Below, piece by piece: positions 1 to 9,506 of a stretch of 64,000 bases of DNA. The position numbers and the translations under genes are program-made. How positions within the stretch are numbered: the stretch's first letter is position 1; every line of letters starts with the position of its first letter. The notes beneath the pieces were generated by a model, which had not been told where the DNA came from, searched no databases, and was given only the letters and a program-made list of their open reading frames with translations. The stretch is from contig OY759598.1 of assembly GCA_963662435.1 (NCBI GenBank), forward strand, positions 900,507-964,506. The letters are read 5' to 3'. The DNA comes from Dehalococcoidia bacterium (GTDB taxonomy: Bacteria > Chloroflexota > Dehalococcoidia > Lucifugimonadales > VXLM01).

Positions 1-699
1 GGGGATATCCTGCTTCTTCATGGGAACCAGTCCTCAGTCGGCGAGGCCCTGGAGGCCCTTGGATGCATCGCGATTTCCGAGAGGGTGATGGGCGTTCGCC
101 CATGGTGGCAGGCGCTGTCGGCATTTGCAATTCTCGCCGTGGCGATCGCACTTGCCACGACTGGACTGGTGACACTTCAGGTCGCCTTCGTCGGGGCGGC
201 AATTGGAATGGTCATCTTTGGACTACTGAGCCTTCGGGAGGCCTACGAGAGCGTCGAGTGGCCGGTGCTCGTGCTGCTGGCCGCAATGATTCCCATTGGA
301 AGGGCGTTCGAGACGACAGGCGGGGCCGAGCTCATTTCCCAGGGCCTAACGACCATGACTGAAGGCGGGTCACCTCTGCTGGTCCTGGCGACTCTGATAG
401 TGGTTACGTCGTTGCTGTCGGACGTGATCAGCAACGCTGCTGCGGCGATCCTGACTGCACCTATCGCGATGACTGTAGCAGCGGAACTGGGCGCGTCGTC
501 CGACCCGTTCCTGATGGGGGTTGCCGTTGGAGCATCTGCTGCGTTCCTCACGCCCATTGGACATCAGTCGAACACGATGGTCCTGGGACCTGGCGGGTAT
601 CGCTTTGGTGACTACTGGCGACTGGGGCTTCCCTTGAAGATCGTGGTCATAGGAGTTGCGGTCCCATTGATCTCGCTAGTTTGGCCGCTAGGGGTGTGA
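1..699 (+). CDS. SLC13/DASS-family permease with TrkA-C domain (5'-truncated by window edge)
   Basis: Frame is open from base 1 (GDILLLHG, typical TrkA-C end). It has multiple TM helices and the motifs SNAAAAIL and FLTPIGHQSNTMVLGPGGYRFGDYWRLGLP typical of this family. Confidence 0.85.
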   Translation, partial: GDILLLHGNQSSVGEALEALGCIAISERVMGVRPWWQALSAFAILAVAIALATTGLVTLQVAFVGAAIGMVIFGLLSLREAYESVEWPVLVLLAAMIPIGRAFETTGGAELISQGLTTMTEGGSPLLVLATLIVVTSLLSDVISNAAAAILTAPIAMTVAAELGASSDPFLMGVAVGASAAFLTPIGHQSNTMVLGPGGYRFGDYWRLGLPLKIVVIGVAVPLISLVWPLGV

Positions 700-719
700 A
701 GGCCCCATTACAGACCCTA

Positions 720-1082
720 CTACAGAGCCTCTGCCAATGCCTGTTGAATCTTCGCGGAGCCGCTGATTGGGGGCTGGAGTTCGCCGTCTATCTCAATGAT
801 GGGACGGCGGATGAGGCGCGGTTCCTGCAGCATGAGGGCCACAAGCTCGTCTTCTGAGGTCTCGTCGCGTTCTATGCCCAGCTTTCGGCGAGAAGGGCTG
901 TTCCAAGAGAAGTAGTCGGACGGGGGGCTATCGCCGAGCAGTTCTCTCAGCTCGTGCTCGGAGAATGGGTCGGAAAAGAAATCGCGTGATTCTACCTTCG
1001 CGTCAGTTCGTGAAAGCCACGCTTTCACCTTGCTGCAGTCGCTTCACCGACGGTAGTGGAAGTAGCGGACGGACTTTGGCAT
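720..1082 (-). CDS. ArsC/Spx/YffB-family thioredoxin-fold protein, probable selenoprotein (U13-S-D-C16), 120 aa
   Basis: ATG at 1082 gives MPKSVRYFHYRR-TGA(1046-1044)-SDCSKVKAWL... in frame with the 102-aa track ORF. The TGA falls at the first Cys of the family CxxC. The C-terminal LMLQEPRLIRRPII motif is present, and a hairpin follows the UGA. Confidence 0.85.
1010..1028 (-). promoter_or_regulatory. Candidate bacterial SECIS element
   Basis: GTGAAAGC-GTG-GCTTTCAC is a perfect 8-bp stem with a G-led apical loop. The stem starts 15 nt, and the loop 23 nt, 3' of the in-frame UGA. Confidence 0.7.
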
Positions 1083-1092
1083 AGTTGTGAAC

Positions 1093-1371
1093 TCAACAGC
1101 CGCCCGCGACCGCGGGGACCACGCTGACTTCGTCGCCGTCGGTTGTGGCAGTCTCAAGACCCTGCAGGAAGCGGACGTCCTCGCCGTTAATGTAGACGTT
1201 CACAAAGTTTCGCAGCTGCCCTTGGTCGTCGCAGATTCGTTCGCGGATACCAGGACATTGTTCGTTCATTGCGTCGATGACGCCGCCCAGGTTATCTCCG
1301 TCGACGTTGACCTTGTCCTGGCCATTAGTCAAGCGACGGAGGGGTGTTGGGATCCTCACCACGATGCTCAT
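1093..1371 (-). CDS. MoaD/ThiS/CysO-family ubiquitin-like sulfur carrier ending GG-C
   Basis: MSIVVRIPTPLRRLT...FVNVYINGEDVRFLQGLET...VPAVAGGC; GGAGG RBS upstream. Confidence 0.92.
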   Translation of the reverse strand: MSIVVRIPTPLRRLTNGQDKVNVDGDNLGGVIDAMNEQCPGIRERICDDQGQLRNFVNVYINGEDVRFLQGLETATTDGDEVSVVPAVAGGC

Positions 1372-1465
1372 CGGTTGTCCTCCGATTTCGATGGATGTCT
1401 ACTTATAGCGCAAATCTCAGGATGTAAGTCTTAAAGGCCGGTAACCTCTGCTGCTATCCGGTCGG

Positions 1466-2695
1466 CTATGCAGCCGCTGTGGCAAGAGAGTCGACGATGG
1501 ACTCGTAGGTCGCTTCAGTGTAGATGGGCCGGACCACGTCCTCGACCACCTCCGGCGTTTTGAGGCCGTTTCCGGTAACGAAGGCTACGGTTACCTCGTC
1601 ACCCTTGATCTTGCCCTGTTTGACGAGTCGCTTCAGGGAAGAAATCACGACTCCGCCTGCAGTCTCTGTAAATAGGCCCTCGGTCTCGGCAAGGAGCTTT
1701 ATTCCCTCGGCGACCTCCTCTTCAAGGCATGCGACGGCGGTGCCGTTCGTCTCTTCCAGAACCTCTAGTGAGAAGATGCCGGCGGCGGGATTGCCTATGG
1801 CAAGCGATTTGGCGATGGTATCGGGGATGACAGGCTGAACGGCGGATGCGCCACTCTCAAAGGCTGTCACAATAGGGGAGCATCCCTCGGCCTGGGCCAG
1901 GTGCATCTGTGTTCGGACGTTATCAATCAGGCCAACGTCCTGCATTTCCTGGAGACCTTTCCATATCTTGGTATGAAGTTCGCCTGACGCTGCAGGGACG
2001 ACACAGTGCTGGGGCGGCTTCCAGCCAAGTTGCTCTGCAACCTCGTAGCCCAGGGTCTTGCTGCCTTCGGCGTAGAACGGCCGCATGTTGATATTGACGA
2101 CGGCCCAATGGTGGTTGTCGGCGAGCTCACTGCCGAGCCGGTTTACCTGGTCATAGGTCCCGTCTATGGCGACGAGCGTTGCGCCGTAGATGGCCGCACC
2201 GACGATCTTGCTGCGCTCTAGGTTGGCAGGGAAGAAGACCTTCGTCTCCAGTCCGGCCTTCGCGCCGTGGGCCGCAACAGAGCCCATGAGATTGCCGGTG
2301 GATACACAGGCGAAGGTCTCGAACTCGAACTCTAGCGCCTTGCTGGCAGTGACGCCGACCGGGCGGTCCTTGAACGAATACGTGGGGTTTACTGCGTCGT
2401 TCTTGATATAGAGGTTTTCGAGACCCAGCATACGGCCTAAGTTCTCGGCCTTGATGAGTGGTGTAAAGCCGGTGCCCATGTCAAGGGCTGAGGCGTCATT
2501 GACAGGTAGGAAGTCATGGTACCGCCACATCGTCGGCGGGCCGTTCTCGATGCGCTCGCGTGTGACGTGGCGAGCCATCGCGTCGTAGTCGTAGCTGATC
2601 TCAAGCGGTCCGAAACAGAATTCGCACACGTTGAGCGGTTGGATGGGATACTGTTCCCCGCATCCACGACAGGCAAGCGACTTTGCAAACGTCAC
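1466..2695 (-). CDS. thrC: Threonine synthase-like PLP enzyme (fold type II) with N-terminal CxxC...CxxC
   Basis: NPTYSFKDR PLP-lysine motif, STGN, EGSKTLGYE, ETAGG and VTGNGLKT. Confidence 0.88.
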   Translation of the reverse strand: MTFAKSLACRGCGEQYPIQPLNVCEFCFGPLEISYDYDAMARHVTRERIENGPPTMWRYHDFLPVNDASALDMGTGFTPLIKAENLGRMLGLENLYIKNDAVNPTYSFKDRPVGVTASKALEFEFETFACVSTGNLMGSVAAHGAKAGLETKVFFPANLERSKIVGAAIYGATLVAIDGTYDQVNRLGSELADNHHWAVVNINMRPFYAEGSKTLGYEVAEQLGWKPPQHCVVPAASGELHTKIWKGLQEMQDVGLIDNVRTQMHLAQAEGCSPIVTAFESGASAVQPVIPDTIAKSLAIGNPAAGIFSLEVLEETNGTAVACLEEEVAEGIKLLAETEGLFTETAGGVVISSLKRLVKQGKIKGDEVTVAFVTGNGLKTPEVVEDVVRPIYTEATYESIVDSLATAAA

Positions 2696-2762
2696 ACCTA
2701 TTCCTCCGGGACAAAATAAAGGCTGCGACAGGGGCTCGCAGCAAGCGGGTACACTCCAAGTG

Positions 2763-2792
2763 ATGGTAGCAACAGGGCTTCGCGAGTGTCAA
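2763..2792 (-). promoter_or_regulatory. Sigma70-type promoter for thrC
   Basis: TTGACA-18 nt-TACCAT with an extended -10 TG on the minus strand, upstream of thrC. Confidence 0.55.
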
Positions 2793-2910
2793 GGAAAATC
2801 AGCTTCGCCGAAAAGGCCGAGTGGGAGAGATGGCGACACGGGTTCTGGTGCCGTTTTTCGGCGCGTGCTAACCTACGGATTGCGCTTTCGGAGAGCGACG
2901 TGAGCCACAG

Positions 2911-4041
2911 GTGAGGAACTGGACTTTGCCCTCGTCGATCGCGGTTGGCAGAATATTGGGTATCCGTGTGGATATCCACTTCTCGTTGCTGCTAATCGTG
3001 GCATTCCTCACCTGGAGCCTGGCTACCGGTTTCCTGCCTGATCGCTATCCCAATTGGAGCGGGACGGTGTACTGGTCGACGGGGTTGGTGTGCGCGCTGT
3101 CGCTATTCGTCTCGGTGTTGCTGCACGAATTGGCGCATTCGCTGGTGGCGATACGCCGAGGTTATCGGGTTGAGGGAATCACGCTGTTTCTCCTCGGAGG
3201 GGTCAGCAACATCGCTTCAGATTCACGGAGTGCGACCGACGACTTCGTAATTTCGGTGGTCGGGCCCCTTACGAGTCTCGCAATCGCTGTGATCATCGGT
3301 ATCGTCGTCGTCTTGAGCGGGGGAGGGTCTCCGGCCTACGCAGCCATTGAGTATGTGGCGATTATCAACCTGCTTCTTGGCCTCTTCAATCTTCTCCCGG
3401 CGTTTCCCCTGGACGGAGGGCGAGTGCTGAGAGCGGCCATATGGGCGGTGACGGGCAGCTACCGCAGGGCGTCGGGAATTGCTACTCGCAGTGGGCAGAT
3501 TACAGGGATTCTCCTGGCAGCTCTCGGAATATTTCAGATTTTCCAGGGTAATCATCTGCAGGGGATATGGTTGGTGCTTGTTGGCTGGTTCCTGAACAGG
3601 GCGGCAAGTGCGAGTCGGAGTGATGGGGAGTTGGAGCAATCGATGGAAGGAGTGACGGTGGCGGACGTAATGGATGACTCGCCCCCTGCAGTCAGTCCTC
3701 AGATCACGATCAATGAAGCGGTGTTCGAGCATATTGTTCCCGGTGAAGCCAGGGCGCTGATCGTCTGCGAGGGCGAGCGCGTAGTGGGGATACTATCGAT
3801 TACGGACGTGAAGAATGTCCCCCCGGAGGACTGGCGCGAAAGCATGGTAAGGGATGTTATGACACCTGCACCGCTGGCTTCATTGACGCCTAGTGATGGC
3901 CTTAGGGAGGCCATCTCCCTGCTCGCCGTAAACAGAATTCATCAGGCGCCCGTAATTGAGAGAGACAGGCTGGTGGGCATGGTAAATCGCGCTCACCTTA
4001 TCCAACATTTGAATCGTATGCAGTCAACCGACGGACAGTAG
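2911..4041 (+). CDS. Site-2 protease (M50) with tandem CBS domains
   Basis: HELAH zinc motif, FNLLPAFPLDGGRVLRA motif, TM helices and two C-terminal CBS repeats. Confidence 0.93.
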   Translation: MRNWTLPSSIAVGRILGIRVDIHFSLLLIVAFLTWSLATGFLPDRYPNWSGTVYWSTGLVCALSLFVSVLLHELAHSLVAIRRGYRVEGITLFLLGGVSNIASDSRSATDDFVISVVGPLTSLAIAVIIGIVVVLSGGGSPAYAAIEYVAIINLLLGLFNLLPAFPLDGGRVLRAAIWAVTGSYRRASGIATRSGQITGILLAALGIFQIFQGNHLQGIWLVLVGWFLNRAASASRSDGELEQSMEGVTVADVMDDSPPAVSPQITINEAVFEHIVPGEARALIVCEGERVVGILSITDVKNVPPEDWRESMVRDVMTPAPLASLTPSDGLREAISLLAVNRIHQAPVIERDRLVGMVNRAHLIQHLNRMQSTDGQ

Positions 4042-4066
4042 TTCGAAGAAATCGAGGAGAAGGCTG

Positions 4067-4942
4067 ATGTACAGGCAAGTAAAGGCGACCGCGATCTCGT
4101 TGAAGCCGCAGAAGTGGGACAAACCGGGCAATGCCGACGCGATGGAGCGATTCTTTCGCAGGGCCGCGGAAGACGGTCCCGACATCATCCTGACGACTGA
4201 GGGCGTACTTGAGGGCTACGTCGTTATGGACGTGATCGAGGGTCGGAAGACGGCGGACGACCTGGTTGAGATCGCGGAGCCCATTGACGGTGAGTACATA
4301 CGTAGGTTCCAAGACCTCGCGCGGGAACTGGATACGTGCCTGGCTTTTGGGTTCGCTGAACGAATAGGTGGTGAGGTATTCAACGCGGCGATATTCATCG
4401 ACACGAATGGAGAGATTCTAGGCCGTTACCACAAGACGCAGCTTGCTGAAGGGACGGACAAGACGTGGAACTTCAATCGCGTCGGCTCGACGATCCGGGC
4501 GTTTGACACCCCGTTCGGTCGGGCAGGATTCGTAATCTGCAATGACAGGTGGAATCCGAAGATCGTGAGGACGCTGGTGTTGGATGGCGCGCAGTACATC
4601 ATGATCCCGTCCTTCGGATCGAAATCGAAGGGTCAGAACGAGACTGTGCTGGCCCGTGCTCGAGAGAACGGCGTGCCCATCGTAGAGGCGAACGTGGGAG
4701 TAAACATGATCGTCAGCAAGGGAGAAGTTGTGGCGTACGCCTGGGGGAACGACCGGATAACAACGGCGGTTATCGACATTCCGGAACCGCCCTCGACCGA
4801 GGCGGCGCGAGCTTTCGAGACGGAGTACATGGGCCTGCAGGGCCCAGAGATGGCCCAGCGGTTTCAGGAAACGTGCAAGCGCCTCAAGGGCGAGCGGAAC
4901 GATGTGGAGAAGGCCCAACGGGGCGAACTGGTCGTGGCCTAG
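4067..4942 (+). CDS. Carbon-nitrogen hydrolase (nitrilase superfamily)
   Basis: Glu-Lys-Cys triad contexts TTEG, YHKTQL and VICNDR. Confidence 0.88.
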   Translation: MYRQVKATAISLKPQKWDKPGNADAMERFFRRAAEDGPDIILTTEGVLEGYVVMDVIEGRKTADDLVEIAEPIDGEYIRRFQDLARELDTCLAFGFAERIGGEVFNAAIFIDTNGEILGRYHKTQLAEGTDKTWNFNRVGSTIRAFDTPFGRAGFVICNDRWNPKIVRTLVLDGAQYIMIPSFGSKSKGQNETVLARARENGVPIVEANVGVNMIVSKGEVVAYAWGNDRITTAVIDIPEPPSTEAARAFETEYMGLQGPEMAQRFQETCKRLKGERNDVEKAQRGELVVA

Positions 4943-4988
4943 CCTTAGCAATACCTGATTCTCAGCGCCCCACCTGAGTGGAGTTGCC

Positions 4989-5372
4989 CTATTCGGTGAC
5001 GGTGATTACGCCCTTCATGTTCACTGGGTGAATTAGGCACTGGTAGGTATATTCACCCGGTTCGGTGAACTGGTATCGGAACCCGGCATCGGGCGCTATG
5101 GTCTTGCTGTCGAAGAGGCGCTCGCCGCCCGTGTTGATATGCGTGACTGTATGAAGGGGTTTGTCTTTATTCGTCCAAATGACGATTGTCCCAGCCTTTA
5201 CCGTTGCGTCAGGGTGCTGGAAGTTCATGACGTTGAGTTCTTCGACAACTGCGCCGGGAGGGAGCGTGGGCTCCGGAGTGGGGGGGATGCGCGTCGGTGG
5301 CGGATCCGTGAATCCACAACTTAGTGCGGTCAACGCAAGAAGGGAGACCACCAATACAAACGCTTTCGTCAT
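4989..5372 (-). CDS. Cupredoxin (plastocyanin/amicyanin-like) lipoprotein
   Basis: Start revised to MTKAF. It has a lipobox-like LTALSC, a Pro-rich linker, and type-1 copper ligands in HTVT and CLIHPVNM. Confidence 0.85.
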   Translation of the reverse strand: MTKAFVLVVSLLALTALSCGFTDPPPTRIPPTPEPTLPPGAVVEELNVMNFQHPDATVKAGTIVIWTNKDKPLHTVTHINTGGERLFDSKTIAPDAGFRYQFTEPGEYTYQCLIHPVNMKGVITVTE

Positions 5373-5640
5373 CCTGTTCTCCTCGATGCCGTCACAAGTA
5401 GCCAAGATGTTGGCATGACAGTACGTGTAGCTACGGGCGAGTGTAGCACCAAGCCTAGTACCAGTCAACCAAGTTGGGGCAGTCCAATGAGCAGGCGGGA
5501 GCATGGAGGACACGGGGAGACATTGCTTGTGGCTTACTTGGTGCAGACGGTGGAATTCGAGGCGCGGTTGAGTGTATCCCTGCAGCGTTGGACATGCAGG
5601 CTTGGTTGCATCGCCTAGGGGCCTATGCTATATTCGGCGC

Positions 5641-6054
5641 ATGGGCACAGAGGGTGTCATTCTCGACGACTACTTCCGCCAGTACGGCCTGATTGCCATA
5701 TTCACCGCTCTGGCGGTCGCGGTGCCTGCGGGTATGCTGATTGCCTCGTGGATGTTCTCGCTCATCAGGATTCGACCTCGAAAGCCCGATCCCGTCAAGA
5801 TGAGCATCTATGAATGCGGATTCGAGACGCTGACGGGCACGTGGCACCGGTTCAACTTCCGCTTCTACTCGTTCGCCCTGCTGTTCGTCGTGTTCGACGT
5901 GGAGGTCGTGTTCCTGTTCCCCTGGGCGTCCAGCTTCGGGATCCTATCCAGGGAGTTCGGAGTGTTCGTCCTGGTCGAGATGGCCCTGTTCATCGCGATC
6001 CTCGTCGTGGGATGGCTGTATGCCTGGCGGAAAGGGGCGCTGGAGTGGGCGTAA
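5641..6054 (+). CDS. nuoA: NADH-quinone oxidoreductase subunit A
   Basis: [18 protein letters not shown] and WRKGALEW motifs; start revised to ATG 5641. Confidence 0.93.
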   Translation: MGTEGVILDDYFRQYGLIAIFTALAVAVPAGMLIASWMFSLIRIRPRKPDPVKMSIYECGFETLTGTWHRFNFRFYSFALLFVVFDVEVVFLFPWASSFGILSREFGVFVLVEMALFIAILVVGWLYAWRKGALEWA

Positions 6055-6106
6055 CGCTCCACCGGATACACTGTACGTTCCCGGGATAGGTGACACTGAA
6101 AGAGTT

Positions 6107-6733
6107 ATGAATAACGAACACATTGAAATGCCCGGCAATACGATTCCCCTGCACTCTACCACCCTGGAGTTGGATAGAGAGGAGGGGGCGTATATCAACC
6201 ACCTGAAGCTGAACAACATCGCCCCCTTGGCGGAGCCGCTGGTCGAGGTGCCGGATGACCTACAGAGGAACCTGGCCGTAACTTCGGTTGACGCGCTCTT
6301 GAACTGGGGCAGAAAGTCTGCTGTGTGGCCGCTCTCGTTTGGACTGGCGTGCTGCGCATTCGAAATGATGGCTAGCGCAATGTCGCGGTTTGACATCAGC
6401 CGGTTCGGAATGGAGGCGTTTCGCGCGTCGCCACGGCAGGCCGACCTGATGATCGTAGCGGGCACCGTGACCTGGAAGATGGCACCCGCCATCGAGCGCG
6501 TGTACCAGCAGATGGCGGAACCGAAGTGGGTCATCTCCATGGGCGTGTGTGCCACGAGCGGCGGGCCCTACTATGAATCGTACAGCGTGGTGCCGGGTGT
6601 GAACCACATCGTACCGGTAGACGTGTATGTTCCCGGCTGTCCTCCGAGGCCGGATGCGCTCTTGTACGGCATCATGCAGCTTCACGACAAGATCAAGCGC
6701 TATTCCTTGAAGGGTAGGACCGCGGGGCAATAA
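6107..6733 (+). CDS. nuoB: NADH-quinone oxidoreductase subunit B
   Basis: [23 protein letters not shown] and YVPGCPPRP motifs; start approximate. Confidence 0.95.
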   Translation: MNNEHIEMPGNTIPLHSTTLELDREEGAYINHLKLNNIAPLAEPLVEVPDDLQRNLAVTSVDALLNWGRKSAVWPLSFGLACCAFEMMASAMSRFDISRFGMEAFRASPRQADLMIVAGTVTWKMAPAIERVYQQMAEPKWVISMGVCATSGGPYYESYSVVPGVNHIVPVDVYVPGCPPRPDALLYGIMQLHDKIKRYSLKGRTAGQ

Positions 6734-7176
6734 TGACCAGAGTCGTTGCCGGCACAGACCTTGCCAAGCGCCTCAATCTTCAGCTTCCCGGCAGTGTCGT
6801 CACGTCGAATCCCAACGAGGTGACGGTGCGTAACGACTTCCTCCACGAGACGCTTCGTTTCCTGCGTGACGACGGCGACCTCGACTTTCAGTTCCTGAAC
6901 AGCATCTCCGCAGTCGATTACGTGGAGTACTTCGAACTGGTATATCACCTCACATCGCTGCGGCGGAACACCGGCTGTGTCGTCAAGAGTCGCATCTTTT
7001 CCAGAGACGAGCCGACCGTGCAGTCCGCCATTGACCTGTGGAGGGGCGCGGAGCTCCAGGAGAGGGAGATCTACGACCTTATGGGAATCATGTTCGAGGG
7101 GCATCCGAACATGAAGCGGATCCTGTTGTGGGAGGGATTCCCCGGACATCCCCTTCGGAAGGACTTTATCCGATAG
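6733..7176 (+). CDS. nuoC: NADH-quinone oxidoreductase subunit C
   Basis: EREIYDLMGIMFEGHP...GHPLRKDF. Confidence 0.95.
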   Translation: MTRVVAGTDLAKRLNLQLPGSVVTSNPNEVTVRNDFLHETLRFLRDDGDLDFQFLNSISAVDYVEYFELVYHLTSLRRNTGCVVKSRIFSRDEPTVQSAIDLWRGAELQEREIYDLMGIMFEGHPNMKRILLWEGFPGHPLRKDFIR

Positions 7177-7178
7177 CG

Positions 7179-8282
7179 ATGGCGATTCGTACAGAGCCGG
7201 TAACGATCAATATGGGGCCGCAGCATCCCAGCACACACGGGGTGTTCCGGCTTCGTGTTACGTTCGACGGCGAGGTCGTGGTCGATGTGGAGCCCGTATT
7301 TGGCTACCTGCATCGAGGCACGGAAAAGCTCGCGGAAGAGAGGTCGTACGTACAGATAGTCACGCTTACCGACCGGCTCGACTATGTATCGAGCATGTCG
7401 AACAACCTGGCGTACGTGCGGTCAGTCGAGAAGCTCACCGGACTGGAAGTTCCTGAAAGGGGACAGTACCTTCGCGTAGTCTCCGCTGAGCTTCAGAGAA
7501 TGGCGAGTCACTTCATCGCCACCGGATTCATGCTGCAGGAGCTGGGCGCGTTTGGAACGCCCCTGATGTATTGCTTCCGAGAACGGGAACGCATACTTGA
7601 GCTGTTTGAGATGCTGTGCGGAGCGAGGATCACACTGAGTTACATGCGTCCCGGCGGGGTTATTCAGGACGCGCCGGAGGAGTTCTGGCCTGCGCTCGAT
7701 TCCCTCATCGGGGAGATGCCCAGATACATCGACGAGCTGGAAGCGCTCATCACCTCAAACGAGATCGTTCTCGCGAGAACGCGTGGAATCGGGCTCGTTC
7801 CTCCGGACCTTGCCGTCGCGGGGTCCCTGACAGGACCGATGCTGAGGGCTAGCGGGGTGCAGTGGGACATTCGCAAGGCCGATCCTTACGAGATCTATGA
7901 CAGAGTCGAGTTTGACGTGCCGATCGGCTATCAGGGCGATACCTATGACCGGTACTACGTGCGCATTCAGGAGATGCGGCAGAGTGTCAGGATCATCGAG
8001 CAATGCATCGAGCAGATCGAAGAAGGGCCCGTGCTCACAGACGCCCCGTTCTTCGTCCGGCCGCCTGTGGGGGACGCCTATGCGGCAGTTGAAGGGCCGA
8101 AAGGAGAGCTGGGCTTCTACCTCGTAAGCGATGGCGGCATCTCGCCCTATCGGTGTAAGATTCGCGCGCCTTCTTTCATCAACCTGACCGTTCTCAGGGA
8201 CATGCTGGTCGGCTGGAAGCTGGCCGACCTCATCATCATCTTCGGCAGCACCGACGTTGTGCTCGGCGAAGTCGACCGTTAG
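7179..8282 (+). CDS. nuoD: NADH-quinone oxidoreductase subunit D
   Basis: NMGPQHPSTHGVFRL, GYLHRGTEK and C-terminal GEVDR; no NiFe CxxC motifs. Confidence 0.95.
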   Translation: MAIRTEPVTINMGPQHPSTHGVFRLRVTFDGEVVVDVEPVFGYLHRGTEKLAEERSYVQIVTLTDRLDYVSSMSNNLAYVRSVEKLTGLEVPERGQYLRVVSAELQRMASHFIATGFMLQELGAFGTPLMYCFRERERILELFEMLCGARITLSYMRPGGVIQDAPEEFWPALDSLIGEMPRYIDELEALITSNEIVLARTRGIGLVPPDLAVAGSLTGPMLRASGVQWDIRKADPYEIYDRVEFDVPIGYQGDTYDRYYVRIQEMRQSVRIIEQCIEQIEEGPVLTDAPFFVRPPVGDAYAAVEGPKGELGFYLVSDGGISPYRCKIRAPSFINLTVLRDMLVGWKLADLIIIFGSTDVVLGEVDR

Positions 8283-8288
8283 GAATGC

Positions 8289-9476
8289 ATGATTAGCTTC
8301 GGCAACATATATGACACGGTGGTCGGTTTCGCCCCGGACGGCCTGGAGTGGGTGGCGTTCGTCGCGGCTTGCTTGATACTGGCCTTCACAGTCATCAACG
8401 CGGCAATCCTGACGACGGCTTTATATACGTGGTTCGAGCGGCGCGTGCTGGGACGGTTCCAGAATCGTCTTGGACCGAACCGCTGGGGGCCGTTCGGCAT
8501 CCTGCAGCCGGTAGCGGACTTGCTCAAGTTGATCACCAAGGAAGACGTCATACCGGACGTTGCCGACAAACGTGTATTCAACCTCGCTCCGATAGTGCTC
8601 GTATTTCCCGGCATCCTGGTGTTCTCGGTAATTCCGTTCGGTGAGCAGAGCTTCCTGGGGAAACTGAATGTCGGAGTGCTGTTTGTGCTCGGCGTGACGG
8701 GTATAAACACCCTGGCGATCATCATGGGCGGATGGGCGTCGCGCAACAAGTATGCGCTGTTCGGGGCGATTCGCGGCGCGGCGATGCTGGTGAGTTACGA
8801 GGTGCCGATGGCGCTGGGTCTCGTCGGCGTGGTGATTATGGCCGGCTCCATGGCCCTGCTGGACGTGGTGAACAGTCAGCAAGTGTTCTTCATTGTCGTG
8901 CAGCCCCTGGGGTTCTTCGTCTTCATGGCGGCTGCCCTGGCCGAAATGAGCAGGGCCCCCTTTGATATGATCGAATCGGAGTCCGAGCTGGGTTCCGGCT
9001 ACCATACCGAGTACAGCGGCATAAAGTTCGCCCTGTTCCAGTTGGCGGAGTTCATGGCTCCCATCGTCGTGGCGACTGTGGCGACTGTGCTGTTCCTCGG
9101 CGGAACGCGCGGAATAGACCCGATTCCCGGTCAGATATGGTTCCTCCTGAAGACTTTCACGCTGCTGTTCGTCCTGCTATGGACGCGGGCGACCTGGCCG
9201 AGGCTCCGTGTCGACCAGATCATGGGGTTTGCCTGGAAGGGACTGTTCCCACTGTCCCTGGTGAATATCTTCGTGGTGGCGGTCCAGGCATTCGTGTTCC
9301 AAGATGCCGACGGGACGATTCCGACCGAGTCGCTGTGGCTGATGGCGGCGATCAACTGGGTGGTCTTCATAGCTGCAATCGTGTTCATAGCCAACTTGCT
9401 GGGTCAGAAGAAGCTGAGGCAGGAAGGCGCGCCCACGCCTTCGCCCCTGGCCAATATGACGGCGGAGGCGGACTAG
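8289..9476 (+). CDS. nuoH: NADH-quinone oxidoreductase subunit H
   Basis: ERRVLGRFQNRLGPNR, SYEVP and RAPFDMIESESELGSGYHTEYSG motifs. Confidence 0.95.
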   Translation: MISFGNIYDTVVGFAPDGLEWVAFVAACLILAFTVINAAILTTALYTWFERRVLGRFQNRLGPNRWGPFGILQPVADLLKLITKEDVIPDVADKRVFNLAPIVLVFPGILVFSVIPFGEQSFLGKLNVGVLFVLGVTGINTLAIIMGGWASRNKYALFGAIRGAAMLVSYEVPMALGLVGVVIMAGSMALLDVVNSQQVFFIVVQPLGFFVFMAAALAEMSRAPFDMIESESELGSGYHTEYSGIKFALFQLAEFMAPIVVATVATVLFLGGTRGIDPIPGQIWFLLKTFTLLFVLLWTRATWPRLRVDQIMGFAWKGLFPLSLVNIFVVAVQAFVFQDADGTIPTESLWLMAAINWVVFIAAIVFIANLLGQKKLRQEGAPTPSPLANMTAEAD

Positions 9477-9506
9477 AGTGGGTCGTATGCAGGAAGCGAG
9501 GCGGAT

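Noticed and set aside
1093..1095. Sec readthrough of the sulfur-carrier stop (GG-C-UGA)
   Set aside because: There is no convincing SECIS-like hairpin at the right distance. Readthrough is out of frame with the next gene and would bury the GG further.
2696..2910. SAM or other riboswitch upstream of thrC
   Set aside because: No recognisable SAM-I or T-box core motifs, and the predicted leader is only about 60 nt.
7179..8282. Group 4 NiFe-hydrogenase large subunit
   Set aside because: It lacks both CxxC nickel-binding motifs and has the NuoD quinone-site motifs.
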